Part shown: positions 14,741-25,893 of the stretch, in pieces
Numbering within the stretch: the stretch's first letter is position 1
Layout of the letters: each line of letters starts with the position of its first letter
Assembly: GCA_002189035.1 (NCBI GenBank)
Contig: NEEC01000356.1
Span: 1-40,869 of the forward strand
Source: Utricularia gibba
Lineage: Eukaryota; Plantae; Magnoliophyta
Direction: 5' to 3'
DNA length: 40,869 nt
The notes under the pieces: model-generated
Seen by the model: the letters and a program-made list of their open reading frames with translations, nothing else
The model's database searches: none
What the model was told of the DNA's origin: nothing
Translations under genes and position numbers: made by a program

Positions 14741-17145
14741 ATGTAGGCAGCCCCCAAAAACTGAACGTTAATAAATACATCACTTTATTTTCCGAGCTAC
14801 AACTAACTCTCGGCGCAAGCCAAACCTGACCTTTGTCCCGTTCTAGGTGCACCCCAAGACCGCCTCCTCAAGTAAAGTAAGTTGTTGAAAAAATCATGTG
14901 GGGTGCACGTGATATCGTAATTTAAACAAAGGCATCATTTTTTTTAATCAATTTGCATCCGGTTGACCTCATGAGCAATACATAATCGGGGTCAAGGACC
15001 AAGTTCCCAGCGAGACTGGCCGCCACAAAACGAGAAGCTGTTCCTTGAAAAACCATGTAGGCAGCCCCCAAAACTGAACGTTAATAAATACATCACTTTA
15101 TTTTCCGAGCTACAACTAACTCTCGGCGCAAGCCAAACCTGACCTTTGTCCCGTTCTAGGTGCACCCCAAGACCGCCTCCCAAGTATAAAGTAAGTTGTT
15201 GAAAAAATCATGTGGGGTGCACGTGATATCGTAATTTAAACAAAGGCATCATTTTTTTTAATCGATTTGCATCCGGTTGACCTCATGAGCCATACAGAAT
15301 CGGGGTCAAGGACCAAGTTCCCAGCGAGACTGGCCGCCACAAAACGAGAAGCTGTTCCTTGAAAAACCATGTAGGCAGCCCCCGAAAACTGAACGTTAAA
15401 AATACATCACTTTATTTTCCGAGCTACAACTAACTCTCGGCGCAAGCCAAACCTGACCTTTGTCCCGTTCTAGGTGCACCCCAAGACCGCCTCCTCAAGT
15501 ATAAAGTAAGTTGTTGAAAAAATCATGTGGGGTGCACGTGATATCGTAATTTAAACAAAGCATCATTTTTTTAATCGATTTGCATCCGGTTGACCTCATG
15601 AGCAATACATAATCGGGTCAAGGACCAAGTTCCCAGCGAGACTGGCCGCCACAAAACGAGAAGCTGTTCCTTGAAAAACCATGTAGGCAGCCCCCAAAAA
15701 CTGAACGTTAATAAATACATCACTTTATTTTCCGAGCTACAACTAACTCTCGGCGCAAGCCAAACCTGACCTTTGTCCCGTTCTAGGTGCACCCCAAGAC
15801 CGCCTCCTCAAGTATAAAGTAAGTTGTTGAAAAAATCATGTGGGGTGCACGTGATATCGTAATTTAAAGAAAGGCATCATTTTTTTAATCGATTTCCATC
15901 CGGTTGACCTCATGAGCCATACAGAATCGGGGTCAAGGACCAAGTTCCCAGCGAGACTGGCCGCCACAAAACGAGAAGCTGTTCCTTGAAAAACCATGTA
16001 GGCAGCCCCCAAAAACTGAACGTTAATAAATACATCACTTTATTTGCCGAGCTACAACTAACTCTCGGCGCAAGCCAAACCTGACCTTTGTCCCGTTCTA
16101 GGTGCACCCCAAGACCGCCTCCTCAAGTATAAAGTAAGTTGTTGAAAAAATCATGTGGGGTGCACGTGATATCGTAATTTAAACAAAGGCATCATTTTTT
16201 TTAATCGATTTCCATCCGGTTGACCTCATGAGCCATACAGAATCGGGGTCAAGGACCAAGTTCCCAGCGAGACTGGCCGCCACAAAACGAGAAGCTGTTC
16301 CTTGAAAAACCATGTAGGCAGCCCCCGAAAACTGAACGTTAATAAATACATCACTTTATTTTCCGAGCTACAACTAACTCTCGGCGCAAGCCAAACCTGA
16401 CCTTTGTCCCGTTCTAGGTGCACCCCAAGACCGCCTCCTCAAGTATAAAGTAAGTTGTTATCATGTGGGGTGCACGTGATATCGTAATTTAAACAAAGCA
16501 TCATTTTTTTAATCGATTTGCATCCGGTTGACCTCATGAGCAATACATAATCGGGGTCAAGGACCAAGTTCCCAGCGAGACTGGCCGCCACAAAACGAGA
16601 AGCTGTTCCTTGAAAAACCATGTAGGCAGCCCCCAAAACTGAACGTTAATAAATACATCACTTTATTTGCCGAGCTACAACTAACTCTCGGCGCAAGCCA
16701 AACCTGACCTTTGTCCCGTTCTAGGTGCACCCCAAGACCGCCTCCTCAAGTATAAAGTAAGTTGTTGAAAAAATCATGTGGGGTGCACGTGATATCGTAA
16801 TTTAAACAAAGCATCATTTTTAAATCAATTTGCATCCGGTTGACCTCATGAGCAATACATAATCGGGGTCAAGGACCAAGTTCCCAGCGAGACTGGCCGC
16901 CACAAAACGAGAAGCTTTCCTTGAAAAACCATGTAGGCAGCCCCCGAAAACTGAACGTTAATAAATACATCACTTTATTTGCGGTTACAACTAACTCTCG
17001 GCGCAAGCCAAACCTGACCTTTGTCCCGTTCTAGGTGCACCCCAAGACCGCCTCCTCAAGTATAAAGTAAGTTGTTGAAAAAATCATGTGGGGTGCACGT
17101 GATATCGTAATTTAAAGAAAGGCATCATTTTCTTTAATCGATTTC

Positions 17146-17461
17146 CATCCGGTTGACCTCATGAGCCATACAGAATCGGGGTCAAGGACCAAGTTCCCAG
17201 CGAGACTGGCCGCCACAAAACGAGAAGCTGTTCCTTGAAAAACCATGTAGGCAGCCCCCAAAAACTGAACGTTAATAAATACATCACTTTATTTGCCGAG
17301 CTACAACTAACTCTCGGCGCAAGCCAAACCTGACCTTTGTCCCGTTCTAGGTGCACCCCAAGACCGCCTCCTCAAGTATAAAGTAAGTTGTTGAAAAAAT
17401 CATGTGGGGTGCACGTGATATCGTAATTTAAACAAAGGCATCATTTTCTTTAATCGATTTC
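17146..17461 (+). repeat. Representative full-length 316-bp monomer
   Basis: Runs from one CATCC anchor (17146) to the base before the next (17462) and has no apparent indels relative to the consensus. Confidence 0.95.
17351..17414. repeat. Intra-monomer 10-bp inverted repeat GTGCACCCCA ... TGGGGTGCAC, 44-bp spacer (representative copy; present in most monomers)
   Basis: 17351-17360 gtgcacccca is the exact reverse complement of 17405-17414 tggggtgcac. Confidence 0.9.
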
Positions 17462-20400
17462 CATCCGGTTGACCTCATGAGCCATACAGAATCGGGGTCA
17501 AGGACCAAGTTCCCAGCGAGACTGGCCGCCACAAAACGAGAAGCTGTTCCTTGAAAAACCATGTAGGCAGCCCCCAAAAACTGAACGTTAATAAATACAT
17601 CACTTTATTTTCCGAGCTACAACTAACTCTCGGCGCAAGCCAAACCTGACCTTTGTCCCGTTCTAGGTGCACCCCAAGACCGCCTCCTCAAGTATAAAGT
17701 AAGTTGTTGAAAAAATCATGTGGGGTGCACGTGATATCGTAATTTAACAAAGCATCATTTTTTAATCGATTTGCATCCGGTTGACCTCATGAGCAATACA
17801 TAATCGGGGTCAAGGACCAAGTTCCCAGCGAGACTGGCCGCCACAAAACGAGAAGCTGTTCCTTGAAAAACCATGTAGGCAGCCCCCAAAAACTGAACGT
17901 TAATAAATACATCACTTTATTTGCCGAGCTACAACTAACTCTCGGCGCAAGCCAAACCTGACCTTTGTCCCGTTCTAGGTGCACCCCAAGACCGCCTCCT
18001 CAAGTATAAAGTAAGTTGTTGAAAAAATCATGTGGGGTGCACGTGATATCGTAATTTAAAAAAGGCATCATTTTTTTAATCGATTTCATCCGGTTGACCT
18101 CATGAGCCATACAGAATCGGGGTCAGGACCAAGTTCCCAGCGAGACTGGCCGCCACAAAACGAGAAGCTGTTCCTTGAAAAACCATGTAGGCAGCCCCCA
18201 AAAACTGAACGTTAATAAATACATCACTTTATTTGCCGAGCTACAACTAACTCTCGGCGCAAGCCAAACCTGACCTTTGTCCCGTTCTAGGTGCACCCAA
18301 GACCGCCTCCTCAAGTATAAAGTAAGTTGTTGAAAAAATCATGTGGGGTGCACGTGATATCGTAATTTAAACAAAGGCATCATTTTTTTAATCGATTTGC
18401 ATCCGGTTGACCTCATGAGCCATACATAATCGGGGTCAAGGACCAAGTTCCCAGCGAGACTGGCCGCCACAAAACGAGAAGCTGTTCCTTGAAAAACCAT
18501 GTAGGCAGCCCCCAAAACTGAACGTTAATAAATACATCACTTTATTTTCCGAGCTACAACTAACTCTCGGCGCAAGCCAAACCTGACCTTTGTCCCGTTC
18601 TAGGTGCACCCCAAGACCGCCTCCTCAAGTATAAAGTAAGTTGTTGAAAAAATCATGTGGGGTGCACGTGATATCGTAATTTAAACAAAGCATCATTTTT
18701 TTAATCGATTTGCATCCGGTTGACCTCATGAGCAATACATAATCGGGGTCAAGGACCAAGTTCCCAGCGAGACTGGCCGCCACAAAACGAGAAGCTGTTC
18801 CTTGAAAAACCATGTAGGCAGCCCCCAAAACTGAACGTTAATAAATACATCACTTTATTTGCCGAGCTACAACTAACTCTCGGCGCAAGCCAAACCTGAC
18901 CTTTGTCCCGTTCTAGGTGCACCCCAAGACCGCCTCCTCAAGTATAAAGTAAGTTGTTGAAAAAATCATGTGGGTGCACGTGATATCGTAATTTAAACAA
19001 AGGCATCATTTTCTTTAATCGATTTGCATCCGGTTGACCTCATGAGCCATACATAATCGGGGTCAAGGACCAAGTTCCCAGCGAGACTGGCCGCCACAAA
19101 ACGAGAAGCTGTTCCTTGAAAAACCATGTAGGCAGCCCCCAAAACTGAACGTTAATAAATACATCACTTTATTTGCCGAGCTACAACTAACTCTCGGCGC
19201 AAGCCAAACCTGACCTTTGTCCCGTTCTAGGTGCACCCCAAGACCGCCTCCTCAAGTATAAAGCAAGTTGTTGAAAAAATCATGTGGGGTGCACGTGATA
19301 TCGTAATTTAAACAAGGCATCATTTTTTTTAATCGATTTGCATCCGGTTGACCTCATGAGCCATACAGAATCGGGGTCAAGGACCAAGTTCCCAGCGAGA
19401 CTGGCCGCCACAAAACGAGAAGCTGTTCCTTGAAAAACCATGTAGGCAGCCCCCAAAATGAACGTTAATAAATACATCACTTTATTTTCCGAGCTACAAC
19501 TAACTCTCGGCGCAAGCCAAACCTGACCTTTGTCCCGTTCTAGGTGCACCCCAAGACCGCCTCCTCAAGTATAAAGTAAGTTGTTGAAAAAATCATGTGG
19601 GGTGCACGTGATATCGTAATTTAAAAAAGGCATCATTTTCTTTAATCGATTTCCATCCGGTTGACCTCATGAGCCATACAGAATCGGGGTCAAGGACCAA
19701 GTTCCCAGCGAGACTGGCCGCCACAAAACGAGAAGCTGTTCCTTGAAAAACCATGTAGGCAGCCCCAAAAACTGAACGTTAATAAATACATCACTTTATT
19801 TGCCGAGCTACAACTAACTCTCGGCGCAAGCCAAACCTGACCTTTGTCCCGTTCTAGGTGCACCCCAAGACCGCCTCCTCAAGTATAAAGTAAGTTGTTG
19901 AAAAAATCATGTGGGGTGCACGTGATATCGTAATTTAAACAAAGGCATCATTTTTTAATCGATTTGCATCCGGTTGACCTCATGAGCCATACATAATCGG
20001 GTCAAGGACCAAGTTCCCAGCGAGACTGGCCGCCACAAAACGAGAAGCTGTTCCTTGAAAAACCATGTAGGCAGCCCCCGAAAACTGAACGTTAATAAAT
20101 ACATCACTTTATTTTCCGAGCTACAACTAACTCTCGGCGCAAGCCAAACCTGACCTTTGTCCCGTTCTAGGTGCACCCCAAGACCGCCTCCTCAAGTATA
20201 AAGTAAGTTGTTGAAAAAATCATGTGGGGTGCACGTGATATCGTAATTTAAACAAGGCATCATTTTTTTAATCGATTTGCATCCGGTTGACCTCATGAGC
20301 CATACAGAATCGGGGTCAAGGACCAAGTTCCCAGCGAGACTGGCCGCCACAAAACGAGAAGCTGTTCCTTGAAAAACCATGTAGGCAGCCCCCAAAAACT

Positions 20401-22095
20401 GAACGTTAATAAATACATCACTTTATTTTCCGAGCTACAACTAACTCTCGGCGCAAGCCAAACCTGACCTTTGTCCCGTTCTAGGTGCACCCCAAGACCG
20501 CCTCCTCAAGTATAAAGTAAGTTGTTGAAAAAATCATGTGGGTGCACGTGATATCGTAATTTAAAAAGGCATCATTTTTTTTAATCGATTTCCATCCGGT
20601 TGACCTCATGAGCCATACAGAATCGGGGTCCAGGACCAAGTTCCCAGCGAGACTGGCCGCCACAAAACGAGAAGTTTCCTTGAAAAACCATGTAGGCAGC
20701 CCCCGAAAACTGAACGTTAATAAATACATCACTTTATTTTCCGAGCTACAACTAACTCTCGGCGCAAGCCAAACCTGACCTTTGTCCCGTTCTAGGTGCA
20801 CCCCAAGACCGCCTCCTCAAGTATAAAGTAAGTTGTTGAAAAAATCATGTGGGGTGCACGTGATATCGTAATTTAAACAAAGCATCATTTTTTTAATCGA
20901 TTTGCATCCGGTTGACCTCATGAGCAATACATAATCGGGGTCAAGGACCAAGTTCCCAGCGAGACTGGCCGCCACAAAACGAGAAGCTGTTCCTTGAAAA
21001 ACCATGTAGGCAGCCCCCAAAACTGAACGTTAATAAATACATCACTTTATTTGCCGAGCTACAACTAACTCTCGGCGCAAGCCAAACCTGACCTTTGTCC
21101 CGTTCTAGGTGCACCCCAAGACCGCCTCCTCAAGTATAAAGTAAGTTGTTGAAAAAAAATGTGGGGTGCACGTGATATCGTAATTTAAACAAAGCATCAT
21201 TTTTTAATCAATTTGCATCCGGTTGACCTCATGAGCAATACATAATCGGGTCAAGGACCAAGTTCCCAGCGAGACTGGCCGCCACAAAACGAGAAGCTGT
21301 TCCTTGAAAAACCATGTAGGCAGCCCCCAAAACTGAACGTTAATAAATACATCACTTTATTTTCCGAGCTACAACTAAATCTCAACGCAAGCCAAACCTG
21401 ACCTTTGTCCCGTTCTAGTGCACCCCAAGACGCCTCCTCAAGTATAAAGTAAGTTGTTGAAAAAATCATGTGGGTGCACGTGATATCGTAATTTAAACAA
21501 AGGCAACATTTTCTTTAATCGATTTGCATCCGGTTGACCTCATGAGCGATACAGAATCGGGGTCAAGGACCAACTTCCCAGCGAGATTGGCCGCCACAAA
21601 ACGAGAAGCGGTTCCTTGAAAAAACATGTAGGCAGCCCCGAAAACTGAACGTTAATAAATACATCACTTTATTTGCCGTGTTACAACTAACTCTCGGCGC
21701 AAGCCAAACCTGACCTTTGTCCCGTTCCAGGTGCACCCCAAGACCGCCTCCACAAGTATAAAGCAAGTTGTTGAAAAAATCATGTGGGGGCTCGTGATAT
21801 CGTAATTTAAAAAAAGGCATCATTTTCTTTAATCGATTTCCATCCGGTTGACCTCATGAGCCATACAGAATCGGGGTCCAGGACCAAGTTCCCAGCGAGA
21901 CTGGCCGCCACAAAACGAGAAGCTGTTTCTTGAAAAACCATGTAGGTAGCCCCCAAAAACTGAACGTTAATAAATACATCACTTTATTTGCCGTGTTACA
22001 ACTAACTCTAGGCGCAAGCCAAACCTGACCTTTGTCCCGTTCCAGGTGCACCCCAAGACCGCCTCCACAAGTATAAGCAAGTTGTTGAAAAAATC

Positions 22096-22176
22096 CACCG
22101 AAAAAATCAAAATCACAATGAAATAATTTAAAGTAATCCCATTGGGAAATTTTAATCGGGAATCACCCGTCCAAGC
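22096..22176. other. 81-bp non-consensus segment replacing ~117 bp of monomer (probable read or basecalling glitch)
   Basis: caccgaaaaaatcaaaatcacaatgaaataatttaaagtaatcccattgggaaattttaatcgggaatcacccgtccaagc keeps only fragments of consensus (taatttaaag, tttaatcg). Confidence 0.6.
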
Positions 22177-24639
22177 AGACTGGCGCCACAAAACGAGAAG
22201 CTGTCCTTGAAAAACCATGTAGGTAGCCCCCAAAAAACTGAACGTTAATAAATACATCACTTTATTTTCCGAGCTACAACTAACTCTCGGCGCAAGCCAA
22301 ACCTGACCTTTGTCCCGTTCCAGGTGCACCCCAAGACCGCCTCCTCAAGTATAAAGTAAGTTGTTGAAAAAATCATGTAGGGTGCACGTGATATCGTAAT
22401 TTAAACAAAGGCATCATTTTCTTTAATCGATTTCCATCCGGTTGACCTCACGAGCCATACATAATCGGGGTCAAGGACCAAGTTCCCAGCGAGACTGGCC
22501 GCCACAAAAACGAGAAGCTGTTCCTTGAAAAACCATGTAAGCAGCCCCCAAAAACTGAACGTTAATAAATATATCACTTTATTTTCCGAGCTACAACTAA
22601 CTCTCGGCGCAAGCCAAACCTGACCTTTGTCCCGTTCCAGGTGCACCCCAAGACCGCCTCCTCAAGTATAAAGTAAGTTGTTGAAAAAATCATGGGGTGC
22701 ACGTGATATCGTAATTTAAACAAAGGCATCATTTTCTTTAATCGATTTCCATCCGGTTGACCTCACGAGCCATACATAATCGGGGTCAAGGACCAAGTTC
22801 CCAGCGAGACTGGCCGCCACAAAACGAGAAGCTGTTCCTTGAAAAACCATGTAGGCAGCCCCCCAAAAACTGAACGTTAATAAATAATCACTTTATTTTC
22901 CGAGTACAACTAACTCTCAGCGCAAGCCAAACCTGACCTTTGTCCCGTTCTAGGTGCACCCCAAGACCGCCTCCTCAAGTATAAAGCAAGTTGTTGAAAA
23001 AATCATGTGGGGTGCACGTGATATCGTAATTTAAACAAAGGCATCATTTTTTTTAATCAATTTGCATCCGGTTGACCTCATGAGCAATACATAATCGGGG
23101 TCAAGGACCAAGTTCCAGCGAGACTGGCCGCCACAAAACGAGAAGCTGTTCCTTGAAAAACCATGTAGGCAGCCCCCCAAAACTGAACGTTAATAAATAC
23201 ATCACTTTATTTTCCGAGCTACAACTAAATCTCAACGCAAGCCAAACCTGACCTTTGTCCCGTTCTAGGTGCACCCCAAGACCGCCTCCTCAAGTATAAA
23301 GTAAGTTGTTGAAAAAATCATGTGGGTGCACGTGATATCGTAATTTAAACAAAGGCAACATTTTCTTTAATCGATTTCCATCCGGTTGACCTCATGAGCA
23401 TACAGAATCGGGGTCAAGGACCAAACTTCCCAGCGAGACTGGCCGCCACAAAACGAGAAGCTGTTCCTTGAAAAACCATGTAGGCAGCTCCCGAAAACTG
23501 AACGTTAATAAATACATCACTTTATTTGCCGTGTTACAACTAACTCTCGGCGCAAGCCAAACCTGACCTTTGTCCCGTTCCAGGTGCACCCCAAGACCGC
23601 CTCCACAAGTATAAAGCAAGTTGTTGAAAAAATCATGTGGGTGCACGTGATATCGTAATTTAAAGAAAGGCATCATTTTCTTTAATCGATTTCCATCCGG
23701 TTGACCTCATGAGCCATACAGAATCGGGGTCCAGGACCAAGTTCCCAGCGAGACTGGCCGCCACAAAACGAGAAGCTGTTTCCTTGAAAAACCATGTAGC
23801 AGCCCCCAAAAACTGAACGTTAATAAATACATCACTTTATTTGCCGAGTTACAACTAACTCTCGGCGCAAGCCAAACCTGACCTTTGTCCCGTTCCAGGT
23901 GCACCCCAAGACCGCCTCCACAAGTATAAAGCAAGTTGTTGAAAAAATCATGTGGGTGCACGTGATATCGTAATTTAAAGAAAGGCATCATTTTTTTTAA
24001 TCGATTTCCATCCGGTTGACCTCATGAGCCATACAGAATCGGGTCAAGGACCAAGTTCCCAGCGAGACTGGCCGCCACAAAACGAGAAGCTGTTTCTTGA
24101 AAAACCATGTAGGTAGCCCCCCAAAACTGAACGTTAATAAATACATCACTTTATTTGCCGTGTTACAACTAACTCTAGGCGCAAGCCAAACCTGACCTTT
24201 GTCCCGTTCCAGGTGCACCCCAAGACCGCCTCCACAAGTATAAAGCAAGTTGTTGAAAAAATCATGTGGGTGCACGTGATATCGTAATTTAAAGAAAGGC
24301 ATCATTTCTTTAATCGATTTCCATCCGGTTGACCTCATGAGCCATAAAGAATCGGGGGCCCGTACCAAGTTCCTTAGTGAGACTGGCCGCCACAAAACGA
24401 GAAGCTGTACCTTGAAAAACCATGTAGGTAGCCCCCAAAAACTGAACGTTAATAAATACATCACTTTATTTTCCGAGCTACAACTAACTCTCGGCGCAAG
24501 CCAAACCTGACCTTTGTCCCGTTCCAGGTGCACCCCAAGACCGCCTCCTCAAGTATAAAGTAAGTTGTTGAAAAAATCATGTAGGGTGCACGTGATATCG
24601 TAATTTAAAAAAAGGCATCATTTTCTTTAATCGATTTTC

Positions 24640-25893
24640 CATCCGGTTGACCTCACGAGCCATACATAATCGGGGTCAAGGACCAAGTTCCCAGCGAGAC
24701 TCGCCGCCACAAAACGAGAAGCTGTTCCTTGAAAAACCATGTAGGCAGCCCCCAAAACTGAACGTTAATAAATAAATCACTTTTTTCCGAGCTACAACTA
24801 ACTCTCGGCGCAAGCCAAACCTGACCTTTGTCCCGTTCTAGGTGCACCCCAGACCGCCTCCTCAAGTATAAAGCAAGTTGTTGAAAAAATCATGTGGGGT
24901 GCACGTGATATCGTAATTTAAACAAAGGCATCATTTTTTTTTTTAATCGATTTGCATCCGGTTGACCTCATGAGCATACATAATCGGGGTCAAGGACCAA
25001 GTTCCCAGCGAGACTGGCCGCCACAAAACGAGAAGCTGTTCCTTGAAAAACCATGTAGGCAGCCCCCAAAACTGAACGTTAATAAATACATCACTTTTTT
25101 TCCGAGCTACAACTAACTCAACGCAAGCCAAACCTGACCTTTGTCCCGTTCCAGGTGCACCCCAAGACCGCCTCCACAAGTATAAAGCAAGTTGTTGAAA
25201 AAATCATGTGGGGTGCACGTGATATCGTAATTTAAAGAAAGGCATCATTTTCTTTAATCGATTTCCATCCGGTTGACCTCATGAGCCATACAGAATCGGG
25301 GTCCAGGACCAAGTTCCCAGCGAGACTGGCCGCCACAAAACGAGAAGCTGTTTCTTGAAAAACCATGTAGGTAGCCCCAAAAACTGAACGTTAATAAATA
25401 CATCACTTTATTTGCCGTGTTACAACTAACTCTAGGCGCAAGCCAAACCTGACCTTTGTCCCGTTCCAGGTGCACCCCAAGACCGCCTCCACAAGTATAA
25501 AGCAAGTTGTTGAAAAAATCATGTGGGTGCACGTGATATCGTAATTTAAAGAAAGGCATCATTTTACTTTAATCGATTTCCATCCGGTTGACCTCATGAG
25601 CCATAAAGAATCGGGGCCCGGACCAAGTTCCCAGCGAGACTGGCCGCCACAAAACGAGAAGCTGTCCTTGAAAAACCATGTAGGTAGCCCCCAAAAACTG
25701 AACGTTAATAAATACATCACTTTATTTTCCGAACTACAACTAACTCTCGGCGCAAGCCAAACCTGACCTTTGTCCCGTTCCAGGTGCACCCCAAGACCGC
25801 CTCCTCAAGTATAAAGTAAGTTGTTGAAAAAATCATGTAGGGTGCACGTGATATCGTAATTTAAACAAAGCATCATTTTCTTTAATCGATTTC
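24640..25893 (+). repeat. Four-monomer higher-order unit P-Q-R-X (instance)
   Basis: Units start at 24640 (P: ctcacgag, ccatacata, gactcgcc), 24955 (Q: ctcaacgc), 25266 (R: gtttcttg, ggtagc, gtgtta, ctctagg, ccacaa, gcaag, aaagaaagg) and 25581 (X: ccataaaga, ggggcccg). Confidence 0.75.

Larger units (their letters stand above)
1..21215. repeat. Left sub-array: homogeneous subfamily (TTCTAGG / GAGCTA / GGCAGC alleles), ~69 units
   Basis: Nearly all units carry T203 (ttctagg), gagcta at 153-158, ggcagc at 105-110 and ctctcggcgc. The only C203 exception I saw is near 4795. The right-domain markers gtgtta, ggtagc, ctctagg and ctcaacgc are absent. Confidence 0.85.

Noticed and set aside
17300-17360. 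Faint 5S rRNA resemblance: minus strand gcttgcgccgagagttagt vs 5S GCTTGGGCGAGAGTAGT (recalled), and plus-strand ggttgacctc vs 5S GGGTGACCTC
   Set aside because: The matches are short, lie on opposite strands, and do not form a colinear ~120-nt gene with box C and an oligo-T terminator. This is not a 5S rDNA array. An Rfam/Infernal search would settle any remote origin.
17411-17416. CACGTG G-box/E-box in every monomer as a regulatory site
   Set aside because: It is a 6-mer copied by array amplification, with no gene or promoter context.
17146-17461. CENP-B box (TTCGnnnnAnnCGGG)
   Set aside because: The consensus has no TTCG core on the plus strand and no CCCG-nn-T-nnnn-CGAA for the minus strand.
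23997-24533. Longest ORF, 178 aa
   Set aside because: It is an internally repeated peptide produced by indels that join frames across adjacent monomers, and is not conserved in other units.
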